A DNA stretch of 64,000 nucleotides from Macrostomum lignano (Eukaryota). The notes below the pieces were generated by a model. That model searched no databases and was not told the origin of the DNA. It worked only from the letters and a program-made list of their open reading frames with translations. This document shows positions 50,457 through 62,470 of this stretch, one piece after another. Where the stretch lies: positions 1 through 64,000 of the forward strand of contig NIVC01001823.1 in the NCBI GenBank assembly GCA_002269645.1. The letters are read 5' to 3'. A program made the translations under genes and the position numbers. Numbering within the stretch: position 1 is the stretch's first letter; the number at the start of each line of letters is the position of its first letter.

Positions 50457-52522
50457 ATGGGCCAAAACCTCAGCAGCCGTCAGGCCGTCACCAGGGGCAA
50501 CATCCCGGCAGTAAGAGCTCATCTGCGGCTTCGACCGGGACAAAGAAGGAAGACCCGCTTTTGCATAGAAAATGCTCAACTGGCTGCAAGAAATAGCCAG
50601 TGGGAAGTCGTCAAGTTTCTCGTGCCACAAGTCGCTGACCAAGCAAACAGAGATCGCTGCTGCATCGAGGCTGCCAAATCTGCTGCAGAAAATGGTCAGT
50701 GGGAAGTCGTCAAGTTTCTCGTGTCACAAGTCGCTGACCAAGCAAACAGAGATCGCTGCTGCATCGAAGCTGCCGAATCTGCTGCAGAAAATGGTCAGTG
50801 GGAAGTCGTCAAGTTTCTCGTGCCACAAGTCGCTGACCAAGCAAACAGAGATCGCTGCTGCATCGAGGCTGCCAAATCTGCTGCAAGAAATGGTCATTTA
50901 GAAGTCGTCGAGTTTCTCTTGTCAGAAGTCGCTGACAAAGCAAACAGAGATCGCTGCTGCATCTACGCTGCCAAATCTGCTGCAAGAAATGGTCATTTAG
51001 AAGTCGTCGAGTTTCTCTTGTCAGAAGTCGCTGACAAAGCAAACAAAGATCAGTGCTGCATCAAAGCTGCCGAAACTGCTGCAATAAATGGTCACTTAGA
51101 AGTTGTCGAGTTTCTCGTGTCGCAAGTCGCTGACCAAGCAAACAGAGATCGCTGCTGCATCGAGGCTGCCAAATATGCTGCAATATTTCGTAAGTGGGAA
51201 GTCGTCAAGTTTCTCGTGTCACAAGTCGCTGACCAAGCAAACAGAGATCGCTGCTGCATCGACGCTGTCGAATCTGCTGTAGAAAATGACCAGTGGGAAG
51301 TCGTCGAGTTTCTCGTGCCACAAGTCGCTGACCAAGCAAACAGAGATCGCTGCTGCATCGAGGCTGCCAAACCTGCTGCAGAAAATGGTCAGTGGGAAGT
51401 CGTCAAGTTTCTCGTGTCACAAGTCGCTGACCAAGCAAACAGAGATCGCTGCTGCATCGAGGCTGCCAAATATGCTGCAAGAAATCGTCAGTGGGAAGTC
51501 GTCAAGTTTCTCGTGTCACAAGTCGCTGACCAAGCAAACAGAGATCGCTGCTGCATCGAGGCTGCCAAATCTGCTGCAGAAAATGGTCAGTGGGAAGTCG
51601 TCAAGTTTCTCGTGTCACAAGTCGCTGACCAAGCAAACAGAGATCGCTGCTGCATCGAGGCTGCCAAACCTGCTGCAAGAAATCGTCAGTGGGAAGTCGT
51701 CAAGTTTCTCGTGTCACAAGTCGCTGACCAAGCAAACAGAGATCGCTGCTGCATCGAGGCTGCCAAATCTGCTGCAGAAAATGGTCAGTGGGAAGTCGTC
51801 AAGTTTTTCGTGTCACAAGTCGCTGACCAAGCAAACAGAGATCGCTGCTGCATCGAAGCTGCCGAATCTGCTGCAAGAAATCGTCAGTGGGAAGTCGTCA
51901 AGTCCATCTCGTGTCTCTCAAGTTCGGATCAGGGAGCGAATCTCCATTTCCAATACGCAGTCGCGGCTTGCTCTCGTCTTCAAGAAGATGTCGTTGCCTC
52001 CCTCGGCCTCGATCCCGACTGGCTCTTCCAATCCAGCACCATCCTCAGCTTCACTGCAGCAATGGCCATCGAAGGCAGGAACTCTGTTCTCACCGACACC
52101 CTCTCTCGAATGCAGCCAGCTCACATCACACAGCTGCTCCGTCTCTCCATCTCTCAAAGACACGTCGCTCTTGCTGTCACAATTGCTGCCACACTGATCA
52201 ATGATGAGCGAGTCAGCACACAGCATGTCGATCTGCCAGACAGCACTGGAGCCACTGCTCTCATGCTGGCAGCTGATGCAGGTCATCACGAGCTCATTGA
52301 GAAACTCATCGATCTCGGTGCGTCAGTGCGTGCTGAAGACAGTCAGGGTCGGACTGCTCTGTCACGAGCGTGCGAAGCCGGTCACGTGCGAGCAGTCAAG
52401 GCTCTGATGGACAGAGGAGCGGATGCGAGTCATCGAGACGGTCAGGGTCTCACGTGTGCGCAGGTGGCAGAGCGATTTGAGCAGCGGCAGGTGCTGCGGC
52501 TGCTGGATGCCAGTCGAGCGGG
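50457..52522 (+). CDS. Ankyrin-repeat / Mab-21 (cGAS-like receptor) fusion protein, exon 1: myristoylation motif, 14 near-identical 33-aa ankyrin-like repeats, 3 canonical ANK repeats
   Basis: MGQNLS start; 99-bp repeats (A..NG..EVV.FL); GATALMLAA..GH, GRTALSRAC.AGH; donor GG|GTGAGT at 52523 (phase 2). Confidence 0.88.
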
Positions 52523-53044
52523 GTGAGTGAGGCGAGAATTGCGCGAATCCTTTCAGTACTGCATCGTGCTTTAGTGAAACATATCTGCAACTTTATCAGA
52601 AAAATCTTGTTAGAATTTTTCAGTTATAAAATGTAAGCCTGCTTGGTTTTTGGAGAAGAGGCGAACATGGGGACAAGGGAAAAATTTAAGAAGAAAGAAA
52701 GGAAGAGAAAGAGAAGACAGAAAAGACACAGAAAGATTTTTTGAATTTTACATTTTCGGATGAGACAAGCGATAATTTTAGTGACCCACAGCGCGGAACG
52801 GCAAAAAATGAAGGAGTGAAGCGGGCTCATGTGAAAAAATATTTTGTTTGCATGTAATGCTTGAGTAAAAAACAAAATAATCACAGTTTCCAGTTTTTCA
52901 CTTTATTGTCCAATCGTTTCCATTAGCGAGCATACTCGCGATTTGCACTTTTTTATACCGGGCAGTCAGGGCTGTAAGATATTTTTCACGAGTCTGCATT
53001 GCCGTCTTTTGCTTCTCCTTCCGGCCGTTCCGCGCTAAATTTGT

Positions 53045-53530
53045 GGCTTCTCTGGCTCATTGCCAGGGGCGAACGGCTCTCTCTGGCTCATTGCGAGGGG
53101 CGAACGGCTCTCTCTGGCTCATTGCCAGGGGCGAACGGCTCTCTCTGACTCATTGCCAGGGGAGAACGGCTCTCTCTGGCTCATTGCCAGGGGCGAACGG
53201 CTCTCTCTGGCTCATTGCCAGGGGCGAACGGCTCTCTCTGGCTCATTGCCAGGGGCGAACGGCTCTCTCTGGCTCATTGCCAGGGGCGAACGGCTCTCTC
53301 TGGCTCATTGCCAGGGGCGAACGGCTCTCTCTGGCTCATTGCCAGGGGCGAACGGCTCTCTCTGGCTCATTGCCAGGGGCGAACGGCTCTCTCTGGCTCA
53401 TTGCCAGGGGAGAACGGCTCTCTCTGGCTCATTGCCAGGGGCGAACGGCTCTCTCTGGCTCATTGCCAGGGGCAAACGGCTCTCTCTGGCTCATTGCCAG
53501 GAGCGAACGGCTCTCTCTGGCTCATTGCCT
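53045..53530. repeat. 31-bp minisatellite (CTCTCTCTGGCTCATTGCCAGGGGCGAACGG) in intron 1 of the ANK-cGLR gene
   Basis: About 15 units, direct reading. Confidence 0.95.
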
Positions 53531-53739
53531 GCTTTCTGTCGGTCATCTGCTTCTGCCCGCCCTTCTCTCCGCTATTTGAATTTCTTAACTGAAAAAGCGC
53601 CGGTATTTTGATGAAGCTGTGCCTCCTCGGCTCTACGCGTGAAAAAAATTGGAGTTTCCGACTCAATGAAGTGATTTGTGCCGCATCAGAATCTCAGACT
53701 CAACTGCTGAAAACCTTGTCTTTCCTTCCCGCATTGCAG

Positions 53740-53793
53740 AAGCCCAGAGGCCCGGCAGGCAGCCGCTCACCGCTTGGATTTTGGCCTCCATCG
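53740..53793 (+). CDS. ANK-cGLR exon 2 (54-nt linker GSPEARQAAAHRLDFGLHR)
   Basis: tttccttcccgcattgcAG acceptor, CG|GTGAGT donor, phase 2/2 keeps the frame. Confidence 0.7.
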
Positions 53794-54023
53794 GTGAGTC
53801 TGACCGGTTCAGCTTTCACTGCCGCATTGCGCCTTCCGACAGGCTGGCAGCTTGGGGCAGAAATTGCAGCGAAACTCAGGAGAGTTGAGATTGGGTTGGA
53901 CTCTCAGCTCTCCTGCTTGAGATGCCAGTCTGAGTGCTGCAGCAGCTGCACTCTCACCTCTCCTGCTTGTTTTGTCCATCCAACTCTGAACAAGTCACCC
54001 ACACGCATCTCGCATCATTTCAG

Positions 54024-54388
54024 GCTCTCAGACGACTCCCAGCAAGACAGGCACCTGAGCGAGGAGCTGCGTCGACTGCTCAGCGATGCGGGATTCACCG
54101 AGCAGAGAGCAAAGTGTCAGCAGAGTCTGGCTGACTGGCTGCAAGGAGTCGCTCGAGTCCTCACACAGGATCGCAGGCAGATGACGGGCAGCTACGCAGA
54201 GGGCTGGGCCAACAGTCTTGTGCAAGTGAACGGCAGGACAGCTTCAGACTCGGACATTGACTGGACTGTGCTGGTTGCTGAGCAAAACTTCCATCTGGAA
54301 GGTGGCTGCAAAACAAAGAAAGACTCATGCAGAGCCGCCACTCGGCTGCAGGTCATGGAGGGCCACGCACAGGTGACAGCGGGAGCAG
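54024..54388 (+). CDS. ANK-cGLR exon 3: Mab-21 NTase core N-lobe with GS and DxD motifs
   Basis: MTGSYAEG (GS at 54187-54192) ...SDSDIDW (D-I-D at 54253-54261); catttcAG acceptor, G|GTGAGT donor. Confidence 0.85.
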
Positions 54389-54960
54389 GTGAGTGAGGCT
54401 GGGTTCATCATCAGAATGCTGAGATCCGCATGCAACTGGAAGCCCATTAACTTTGCTCAATTTTAAATTCGCAACCGAGTGGCGCCCGGCCTTCAGCAGC
54501 TTCTGTGACTGCGAATTTCGGCTTGGGTGCTGAAACAAGCGGCAGGCGAAATTGAAAAGAAAACTCTGATGCCCACTGGCTGAGGCGGGCCATTGGGTTT
54601 TGAATTCACAGGCTCCGATGGTAGCAGAGTGGGTGCAGCGGTGCTTGGGTGACCCACGGTAGGCAGCATGGCTCTGCTGAGGTGCTGCTGCTCTCACTTG
54701 GAAAAATTTCAAACAAAATAAACCGAAGCCGCCCTGACTGCCTGATTGGTGCCTTGCTGCGGGGCACTGAGTCCTGATAATAACTTGTCGACAATCAAAT
54801 GACACGGCCTCAATCGAACGATATCTTAAATAATTTTCATATTTTTTTCTTAATGATATAACTTGAAATTCCCAACCAGCCAAGCGAAAAACTGCAGTTT
54901 CAAACCAACCCATGTTTTTCACTCCCCACAAAGCCATTTTCCGCTCACTGCGCTCTGCAG

Positions 54961-56399
54961 GCAGCCAACCTGCAGTGACAGCCACGGCGTGCGGTGTGCG
55001 GCCTGCACAGGACACGTGCCATGCGATCCAGTGCTGCAGCAGTTTCTGTGAGGACAGAATTGAAAAACTGCTTCCATTCAACTTCGACAAAGTTCACCTC
55101 GTGCGGGCGACCAGACCGAGCTCGACCAACGAGCTCAGAGTGAGCTTCAGCTTCCAAGAAAAAGACATCATGAGACGGCTGAGCACAGTCCAGGGCCAGC
55201 TGTTCACACTCATCAAGTTCATCTTCAAGAGACACTTGCCGCTCACTCTGGACACACCTGGACTCAAGACCTACCATGCAAAGACTCTGCTCTTCACAAT
55301 GCTGGAGAAGCATGGCAAAGATCCTTGGATTAAAGCTTGGCAGCCCCAAAATCTGATCGCTCTGCTTAAGGAGTCTCTCGACATGATGCTGGGCTTCATC
55401 AACCCAAGCAGCTCGCCCGATGAGTGCATGCCGCACTTCTTCATGCCCGACGCTCCGCTCTACTTCAAGAACGCTGGAATCGGCGGCGACTTCGACAACA
55501 CGAAGGCGAGGATTCGAGACCGACTTCGTGAGCTGAGAAGCGACATCGGCGGAGTGGTCGAGCAGCTAAGGAGACTCGTGAGACCTCTGCAGTCACAGAA
55601 GTTCTACTTTCACATGTTCACTCTGCTGCCTCTGACAGCGCCGCCTGCTGTCACGGAGATCAGGAAAGGAACTGACTATCCAGAAATGTACTACAAGTTC
55701 GCAGACGTGTACAGTGTGGTGCACCAGTGTGTGAGCGAGCTGCAGTCGGAATCGAGCGACAGAGACACTCTGATGAGGCAGCTTAGTCTCCTGCATGAGC
55801 TGCAGTGGTGCAAGTGCGCCGCCCTGTGCATGACCGCCATGGCGCATTTGAAGTTCGGAAAATCTGAGGAGGCTGAGAGACTCGCGATGGAGCTGCAGAG
55901 ACATCAGGTCGAGTCAGGGTTGAAGCCACAGGATATTCAAGAAGATGATTTCTTTCCAAGAAGAATAAACAGAAAAATAAAACTGCCAGATAAGCCAGAC
56001 TGGGCGTTGAGGTTCTGCCTCCCCTGCGACTCTCCGCCTCGCTTCCCATTCCTTCCCGAGTTCACGCAGACTCTGTTCACAGCCAGACTGTCGCAGCCTC
56101 TCTCCTCCCACCTGTACGTGAACTTCCGCTGCCTGAGCTGGAGTCTCCAAGCTGAGCTGCTCTTCAATCGCCCACCTGCAATTAAACTGGAGGATTGGAA
56201 GCGAGAGCTGGAAGAAGACCCGGACTTGGAGGAGCTGCTCACTCTGGCTCACTACAGCGACTGCCGCGAGCACGTGGAGCTCAGCTTGCAGCAGATGGAG
56301 ATGATCGAGAAAGAGAGACGCGTCGCCATGGAGACGCAGGACGAGGAGAAGATCGTCTGGGTCAGGCAGAAGCTGGAGGGACTTGATGCAGCAGCTTGA
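54961..56399 (+). CDS. ANK-cGLR exon 4: rest of the Mab-21 domain plus a helical C-terminal region
   Basis: QDTCHAIQC (third Asp 55011), VHLV, LRVSFSFQEK, LIKFIFK, LKTYHAKTLLF, W..QNL, MPHFFMP match Mab-21/cGAS motifs (WRLSFS.EK, SYHVKT, .YFIP). Four exons total 3924 nt = 1307 aa plus stop. Confidence 0.88.
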
Positions 56400-57364
56400 A
56401 GCGAACTCGTAATTTTGTAAGATTCTCTGGCCTTTGCGCGAGCTTTTTGAGTAAAATTTTATTTCCGGTAAATATTTTAGATTATGAATGCTCTTCGATT
56501 ATTGTCTGTACATGCTGTTGAATTGTGTTTTGTGCATTTTCCTTGTTGCTGACTCTGTTGCTCTTTTAGGAAATGAGCACACCGAGAGCCATCGTGTGCG
56601 AGCAGCCCTCCTGCTATGAACTGCAGTTTTGTACATTTGTGCTGCGATTCAATTTCCATTTAATTTTCCATTCAAACTGCGTGTCTGCTTTGATGCGGGC
56701 TTTTCTCCGCGATTTTGTTCTGCGGACTTCAATACCCAATTGCCAATGCTGTTTATTGAAATATTCAAGCCAAATGTAAAGGTAGCAGTTGTCGGCATGA
56801 TCCTGGAAAAGCCTCATGAACAATCAGTGACTGACAGCCTGAACGCTCCCAGTGTCTCCCTCTCCTCTCTCCTGAAATCTCCCATTGCTATTCAAATTTC
56901 ATTGACTCAAATGTTTAGCGCTGCACTCGGTATCTTTTCAACTCGCTACTGTTAGCTCGTACTATTTTTATAAAATCATGTTCTGCCCAAACAATAAAAC
57001 ATGCATAGAAAATCAGTTTGCATTGTCTGCCACTGTCAGTAGAATCGAAGACATTCGCAGCCTGAAACAAACGCCAGTGCAGTCTCATCCGGCATGCAGT
57101 TTCTGAGTGAACAATCCAGTGCGAACTCCAGCCAGCCATCCGGGATGCCAGGAGGCTGCTGCAGATCCCCCAAGTTATTGCAATTTGCCTTTCTCGACTC
57201 TCCCTCAGGCAGCAGAGATGCCGCGCACTGATAAGATGGAGCCGATCATCAGCCAAGGGGCCACCACGGGAGCGGGAGATGAAGCCCCTTGCCCCTGTTC
57301 CTTCCTTTCGCCCCATCCGATTTCGTCAGAAATCCTCTCCATCATTAGGAGGCTGATAGAACGG

Positions 57365-57530
57365 AATTACTCTCCTCTGATCTCCTCTCCTCTCCTCTGA
57401 TCTCCTCTCCGTTGATATCCTCTCCTCTCCTCTGATCTCCTCTCCGTTGATCTCCTCTCCTCTCCTCTCCTCTCCTCTCCTCTCCTCTCCTCTCCTCTCC
57501 TCTCCTCTTCGCTCCTCTCCTCTCTCTATT
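57365..57530. repeat. (CTCCT)n pentanucleotide repeat
   Basis: Direct reading. Confidence 0.85.
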
Positions 57531-58034
57531 GCCTTTGCTATAACGTCTTTGTCTTCACTCTTATGGCTGAGGCGTGTCTGTTAGTAACGGTTCTTACACA
57601 TCAATGTGTCTCGGTATTCTTTCCAATTTCCCGACTACGAGTATACCGATGGTCTTGCTTGTCTCTATTGTGTTCAGTCCCATCGGTCTCCGGTGAATTT
57701 GAGTCCTGATCATGAAACAATTGTAGGTTTCGATTTGTAGACCGAAATTGAGCTTTAGTCAAATAGATGATCGAGAGACCGCTCCTTCTTTATAACATAT
57801 TCTAAACGCCTCTCCTTGACAACAGCACTCACTCGCAGTGTTTAGAGTGGGGTTGCAGCCTCTGATGAAGTGTAACCCGAAAGCACTGAACTAGCCAGTT
57901 GCTAGGGGTGTCCGCACTGCTCTGGCAAGCGTAGCGGAGTTGCATTGGTTGAGTTGGATGCAGCCCAACCATAGAGTTGGAGACAGGTGCAGGTGCAGAT
58001 GGATGTGAAGAAGAGAAGCAATGATTTTAGGTTT

Positions 58035-58320
58035 TTGAAATTTAGGGCTTGTGGAATTTAGGGCTCGTGAAATTTAGGTGTTGTCACATCAGACGCAGAT
58101 TTTGTTTTCAGCGTTATGATATTTATGGTTCATGAAATTTAGAGCTTGTGAAATTCTGTGCATACCTTTTAGGCGTCGTTAAATTTAGCCTTGTAAATTG
58201 TAGGTGTAAAATCTGCTGCATTGCTTATTTTCGACGTGACAATTATGGATCACGAAATTTAGGATTTACTAAAGGTTCTGGTTTAAACGTTGTGAAATTA
58301 TGGGCTCGTGAAACGACCCC
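58035..58320. repeat. Degenerate TGAAATTTAGG subrepeat array (one arm of the foldback-like family)
   Basis: Same motif as 27661-27845, all copies in one orientation. Confidence 0.55.
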
Positions 58321-58956
58321 AGTTGATCGTTCGTCTTCCACGGGCCTGTCAGCAGATTCTCTGAGTCGGGCAGGCAGTTTAAAGGGATGAGTTTGCTCAG
58401 GGCAATTCGAGCTTTCTGAATTAATTTCCAATTCGTAAGTCTTTTCTCCTATTTGAAACTCTTTACCCATTGGAAACTACTGAAAGTAGTTAGTCGTAAA
58501 ACGTTACTGCGGCAGTCGGGTTAATGGTTGATCAAGCTTGTAGATGATCCCAACTGACGTCGAGTGAAGAGACATTCAACATGCAGCTCACTAATCAGCC
58601 ACTGAGCTCGGTCTGCCAGTGAAGACGTGCCTGAGAGCAATGCTTGTTTTTTAAACCAGGGCGACACTGGAGAGACATAAAATAGCAGCTCCTCATCTGC
58701 ACAACGAAACGGCTCTGCACCTTTCCATCACCATCTTCTGTCTCTAAATTGAATTTTATTCGCACAGCCAATCTCGAATCGAGGCAAGCAGAGATTTAAA
58801 CAAAATGGAGAGAAAAATTCGTTTCCAAGGCAACCGGAGAGCAATAAATGCGACAAGCAGATTAGAAATGCATTTACTCCGAAGCGCTCCGAAAGCCGAT
58901 CCTGACTAATCAAGCCAGTGAACTTCTGTTTTAAATATTCAAAGCACATTGACGAC

Positions 58957-59444
58957 ATGCGGCCGTCAAACGGCCTCGCGGTTTGCCTCGCCCTGATGTG
59001 GGCGAGCCTTCAAGGCTGCGCAGCTTCCGTGCCCGTCCAGCCACTCGAGTTTCGCTACGTTGGCTGCTATAAAGACGGCGACAGTCGCGATCTCAAAGGA
59101 CTTTTAGGAATTTTTCACTATGGCCCCTGCGAAATGTCAACATTTTCTCCGGGCTTCGTTGAAGGCCGATCCACAATGACTCTGCAGCTGTGCAACCAGA
59201 TTTGCTCCAGGCTTCGTTGAAGGCCGATCCACAATGACTCTGGAGCTGTGCAACCAGATTTGCTCCTACGGTCGGTTTCGCTACTTCGGCACTCAGTACT
59301 TTCACTTCTGCGGCTGCAGCTCAACCATCGGATCCTTCGGCGAAGCGGCGGAGGAGGAATGCGATTCCAGTTGCCATGGCAACTCGCTGCAGGTGTGCGG
59401 CGGCGCAATGAGAAACTCGATTTACGAAGTCACCTACCCACCGA
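58957..59444 (+). pseudogene. Secreted WSC-domain protein, exon 1, frameshifted by a 58-bp tandem duplication
   Basis: Signal-like MRPSNGLAVCLALMWASLQGCAA; YVGCYKD..MTL.LC..IC..YFGTQY..CGC..CDSSCHG..CGG..RNSIY (WSC). 59151-59208 is duplicated at 59209-59266. Donor A|GTAAGA 59445. Confidence 0.8.
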
Positions 59445-59529
59445 GTAAGATAAGCGGCAGATTCAGTCTTCTGCAGGTGTTTGAGTCAATCAGTGGTTTG
59501 AGAAAGACTTATTCCAACCCCACCCACAG

Positions 59530-59780
59530 CTGGATCGAAGCTGACGAAGCTGCCGATTGCCTCCGTTCCCAGCATCTCCGCCAACTCCTCGTACGGCTCC
59601 ATCAGCCACAGCTCCACGGTGACGGGCACCGCCATCCAGTGCGCTGCCGCCTGCCAGCACAGCCCGGACTGCCTTGGCTGCGCCTTCGTGGCCTCGAGCC
59701 GCGTGTGCCGCCTGCTGAAGTTCTTCGCTGTGCCCGCCGAGGTGGCCAGTGAAGTTGAGCACGTCTGGATGAAGCTGTGA
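59530..59780 (+). CDS. WSC gene exon 2, PAN/apple-like Cys domain
   Basis: cccacAG acceptor, phase 1; AIQCAAACQHSPDCLGCAF...VCRLL..VWMKL*. Confidence 0.7.
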
Positions 59781-60309
59781 AGAGAGTGAAAATGAAGAAA
59801 CGCCGACCGAAGTTACAGGTCGGTTGATAGGCGGAAGTTTAAAACTGAATTAAGCACTAATTATGTTACAAGCCTGTTGTTTACTTCGGCTTTCAGTTCC
59901 CCTATGAAATCTGCGGTTCAGATATTCTGGATTTCAAATAAAATAAAAAAAGTTTGACGCTTACAGTTAAAGACTGTTGAAGCACCTGGAAAACAGCTGA
60001 TGTGTTCAACTTGTTTTCTTACAAGGACGATTCATTACAGATGATTTGTGCAGAGACTGACAGACACAGTTCTCTTAGGCACCAAGGAAGGTTTGGCGAC
60101 TGAATAAAAGGTTCTCTCGTCTCGTCAAATACAGTTGTTAAAAGTGAAGGATAGGACATTCGAAGAAAGTTTAAAAAGTAGAAAATCTGTTGGCATTGCT
60201 CACACAGTCCACAAAAATGAGCGCTGCCTGCTCACGTAGACCCAGGAGCCAAACACAAAGGAGCCATAACCACGAGGCGTGTCTATATTGCCGCATCTTC
60301 TGCAGCAAT

Positions 60310-60450
60310 GACATGTGAAATGTTGCATGTAGCTTGTGCGACATGTGAAATTCGAGTTTTGTGAAATGTTGGTGCTGCGCATTTTTGGGCTTTGTGAAAT
60401 TTCAGCTTTGTGAAATTTCGGTGTTGTGAAATTTCGGGTGTATGAAAGCG
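60310..60450. repeat. Degenerate TGTGAAATTT subrepeat array
   Basis: Related motif to 27661-27845 and 58035-58320. Confidence 0.5.
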
Positions 60451-61623
60451 GTTGCTACAAGGACTCACAACGACACCTCAAACAAAGCAACAAGCGAAGC
60501 ATTTTTAATGAAAATGAAGTGATTTCTATCTGTATCAAATCACCCTACCCATTTGTTGAAAAAGATTCCTCACTTGAGCAGATCAACTAGACTCTTAGGA
60601 GCTTTTAGCTGCTTTTTTCAATTTTGCGTTAATCGAAGATGCGAAAAATGCGAGCCTTTCGTGTTCCCATAAACTGGTGAGCTGACAATGCACCACTTAA
60701 GTAAGCGCATCTCTTCCTAGAACGCATCGTTGCGTTAATTGAAAGTCAATCACGAACTAAAAAGCCTAATATGAAAATGAAAATTTTATAGATTAGAAGC
60801 CACTCTAACCAACCCTTCTAGGCAGCTGTGTCTCTAATGCATTGACGAGGTTGTGCTTCGCAATCGCAAGACGCATTTTTTAGTTTCCTGCAGTCTCATT
60901 GTAGAATATGCTAAGCATTAATTCTATCCAGATGAAAGCGACTCTAAAACGACTAGATGCTACATGAAAGTTGTTAAGAGGTCAAAGAGTGACCTCGGAG
61001 TCGGTTCGAGGCGTTTTATGGTCTGCGACTCTGGAGCCATGCAAGTGACCCTGTGCGTTTCTGTAACGACTCAGGGGCCGTAGAGTCGTATCAGAGGCGT
61101 GTCAGAGTCGCTTTAGAATCACTGAGTTGCGTCTCAAGGGCATCTGCGTCACTTTTGAATTAGAATCCCATTTCGCATTTATAAAAACTGTATTTGTACA
61201 AGCCCCGTATAGTCTAGTAATAGTTAGTACAAAGTCAAGTGTAACAGAACGAATCTTTAGCGACTCTTTTTGCAATGACGTCATAGCGATTATTGTCACG
61301 GTAACGTTTACACAGGAGCAATACGCTCTCATACCTTTTAATGTCTGACATCGAAATCCTCATTGCCAACTGATCCGGCTTATGAGAATTTAATCTTAAA
61401 TATAAAATCGGGCAATTTATTTTTTCAAAGGCTAGAAAACTTCGATATCCAGGAAGAAAACAAGCTGGCCTTACAAGTACAAATATTATTATTGTATTCT
61501 GAATGCACTTATTGTGCATCTTCCACAGCTGGCATTGGCCTCTGTCGCAAATCATCGAATTCAAATGGGCTTCTGTAAACGGATTTATCATACAAATACG
61601 CCCCAGCTCCGCTCCACTGAACG

Positions 61624-61982
61624 TCACTTGTCAATCAGGGTGACGAGAATGTTCGGCAGGCCGTACAGAATCATGTTGAATGACGTCCGGTTCGCTGCGG
61701 CCGCATCCGCCTCGGAGCCGTCGGTGGCTGCAGCTCCAGCTGGCGTCTCCGTCATCGCTGTTCCAGCATCCGCGCCAGTAGCTGTCACGGCATCCTGCAG
61801 AGCCTGACCGTCAGGCACTTCAGCGGCTGCTGCGGCTGCGTCACCATTGATCGCCTCGCCAGTTGCAGGGGCCGCAGGCTCGTCAGAAGCTGCAGCTGCG
61901 GCATCCTCGGGGTTGGCGCGCTTGTACGGCTCGTAGACAAAGTTGACGGCTTGGCCCACCGTCTTGCCGCCCTCGAGCACGT
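61624..61982 (-). CDS. CFAP46: CFAP46 (TTC40)-like cilia protein, terminal exon
   Basis: DVLEGGKTVGQAVNFVYEPY...NMILYGLPNIL..*; acceptor cccctcAG (61983-61985), phase 1 fits the upstream donor. Confidence 0.7.
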
Positions 61983-62249
61983 CTGAGGGGTTTTGAAGCC
62001 AAGTTTGGGGAGTTGATATCTTTGCTTCACTGTTATAAAGAAGGATAGAAGCGGAAAACAGCATTTCTATTCCATGGACACAGGGGGACACGTAGCCCAG
62101 TGGTCTGACGCGGCGCTCTGATGTGCCAGAGGCCCAGGCTCGATTCCAAGTGCAGTCACAATTATTTGGGGCTATGTTGGAATCTCGGCTTGGCACTGCT
62201 CGTGCAGTTAACGTGAAGTGTACATGCCTAACGTACAGGTGTAACGTAA

Positions 62250-62470
62250 GGGCGTTGTAGCCTTGTTGTTAGAGTCCGCACGACTTGAATGTCGGGGGTT
62301 CGATTCCCGATACCACTCGAAAAAATGTTGTGTCCTTGAGCAAGACACTTAACTCTGCATTGCTTCAGTTCACCCAGATGTAAAATGGGTGCCAGCATTA
62401 GCTGGGATAGTTGAGGGTGTGTGTGTGGCGACCCCCAGTCCTTGGACTGAACAGCCGTACGCAGCCTTCA
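62250..62470 (+). mobile_element. tRNA-derived CORE-SINE inside a CFAP46 intron (antisense)
   Basis: B-box GGTTCGATTCC 62297; core GTGTCCTTGAGCAAGACACTTAACTCTG...CAGATGTAAAATGGG; 3' part matches the 10843 copy. Confidence 0.85.

Noticed and set aside
50575-51905. TALE-like DNA-binding repeats
   Set aside because: 33-aa period is suggestive, but the consensus A..NG..EVV.FL is ankyrin-like, with no LTP.QVVAIAS motif.
47305-53530. 20-31 bp tandem repeats as CRISPR arrays
   Set aside because: Units abut directly with no unique spacers; eukaryotic context, no cas genes.
54912-59780. cGLR plus WSC lectin as a functional immune cluster
   Set aside because: Adjacency of two genes is not evidence of co-function in a eukaryote.
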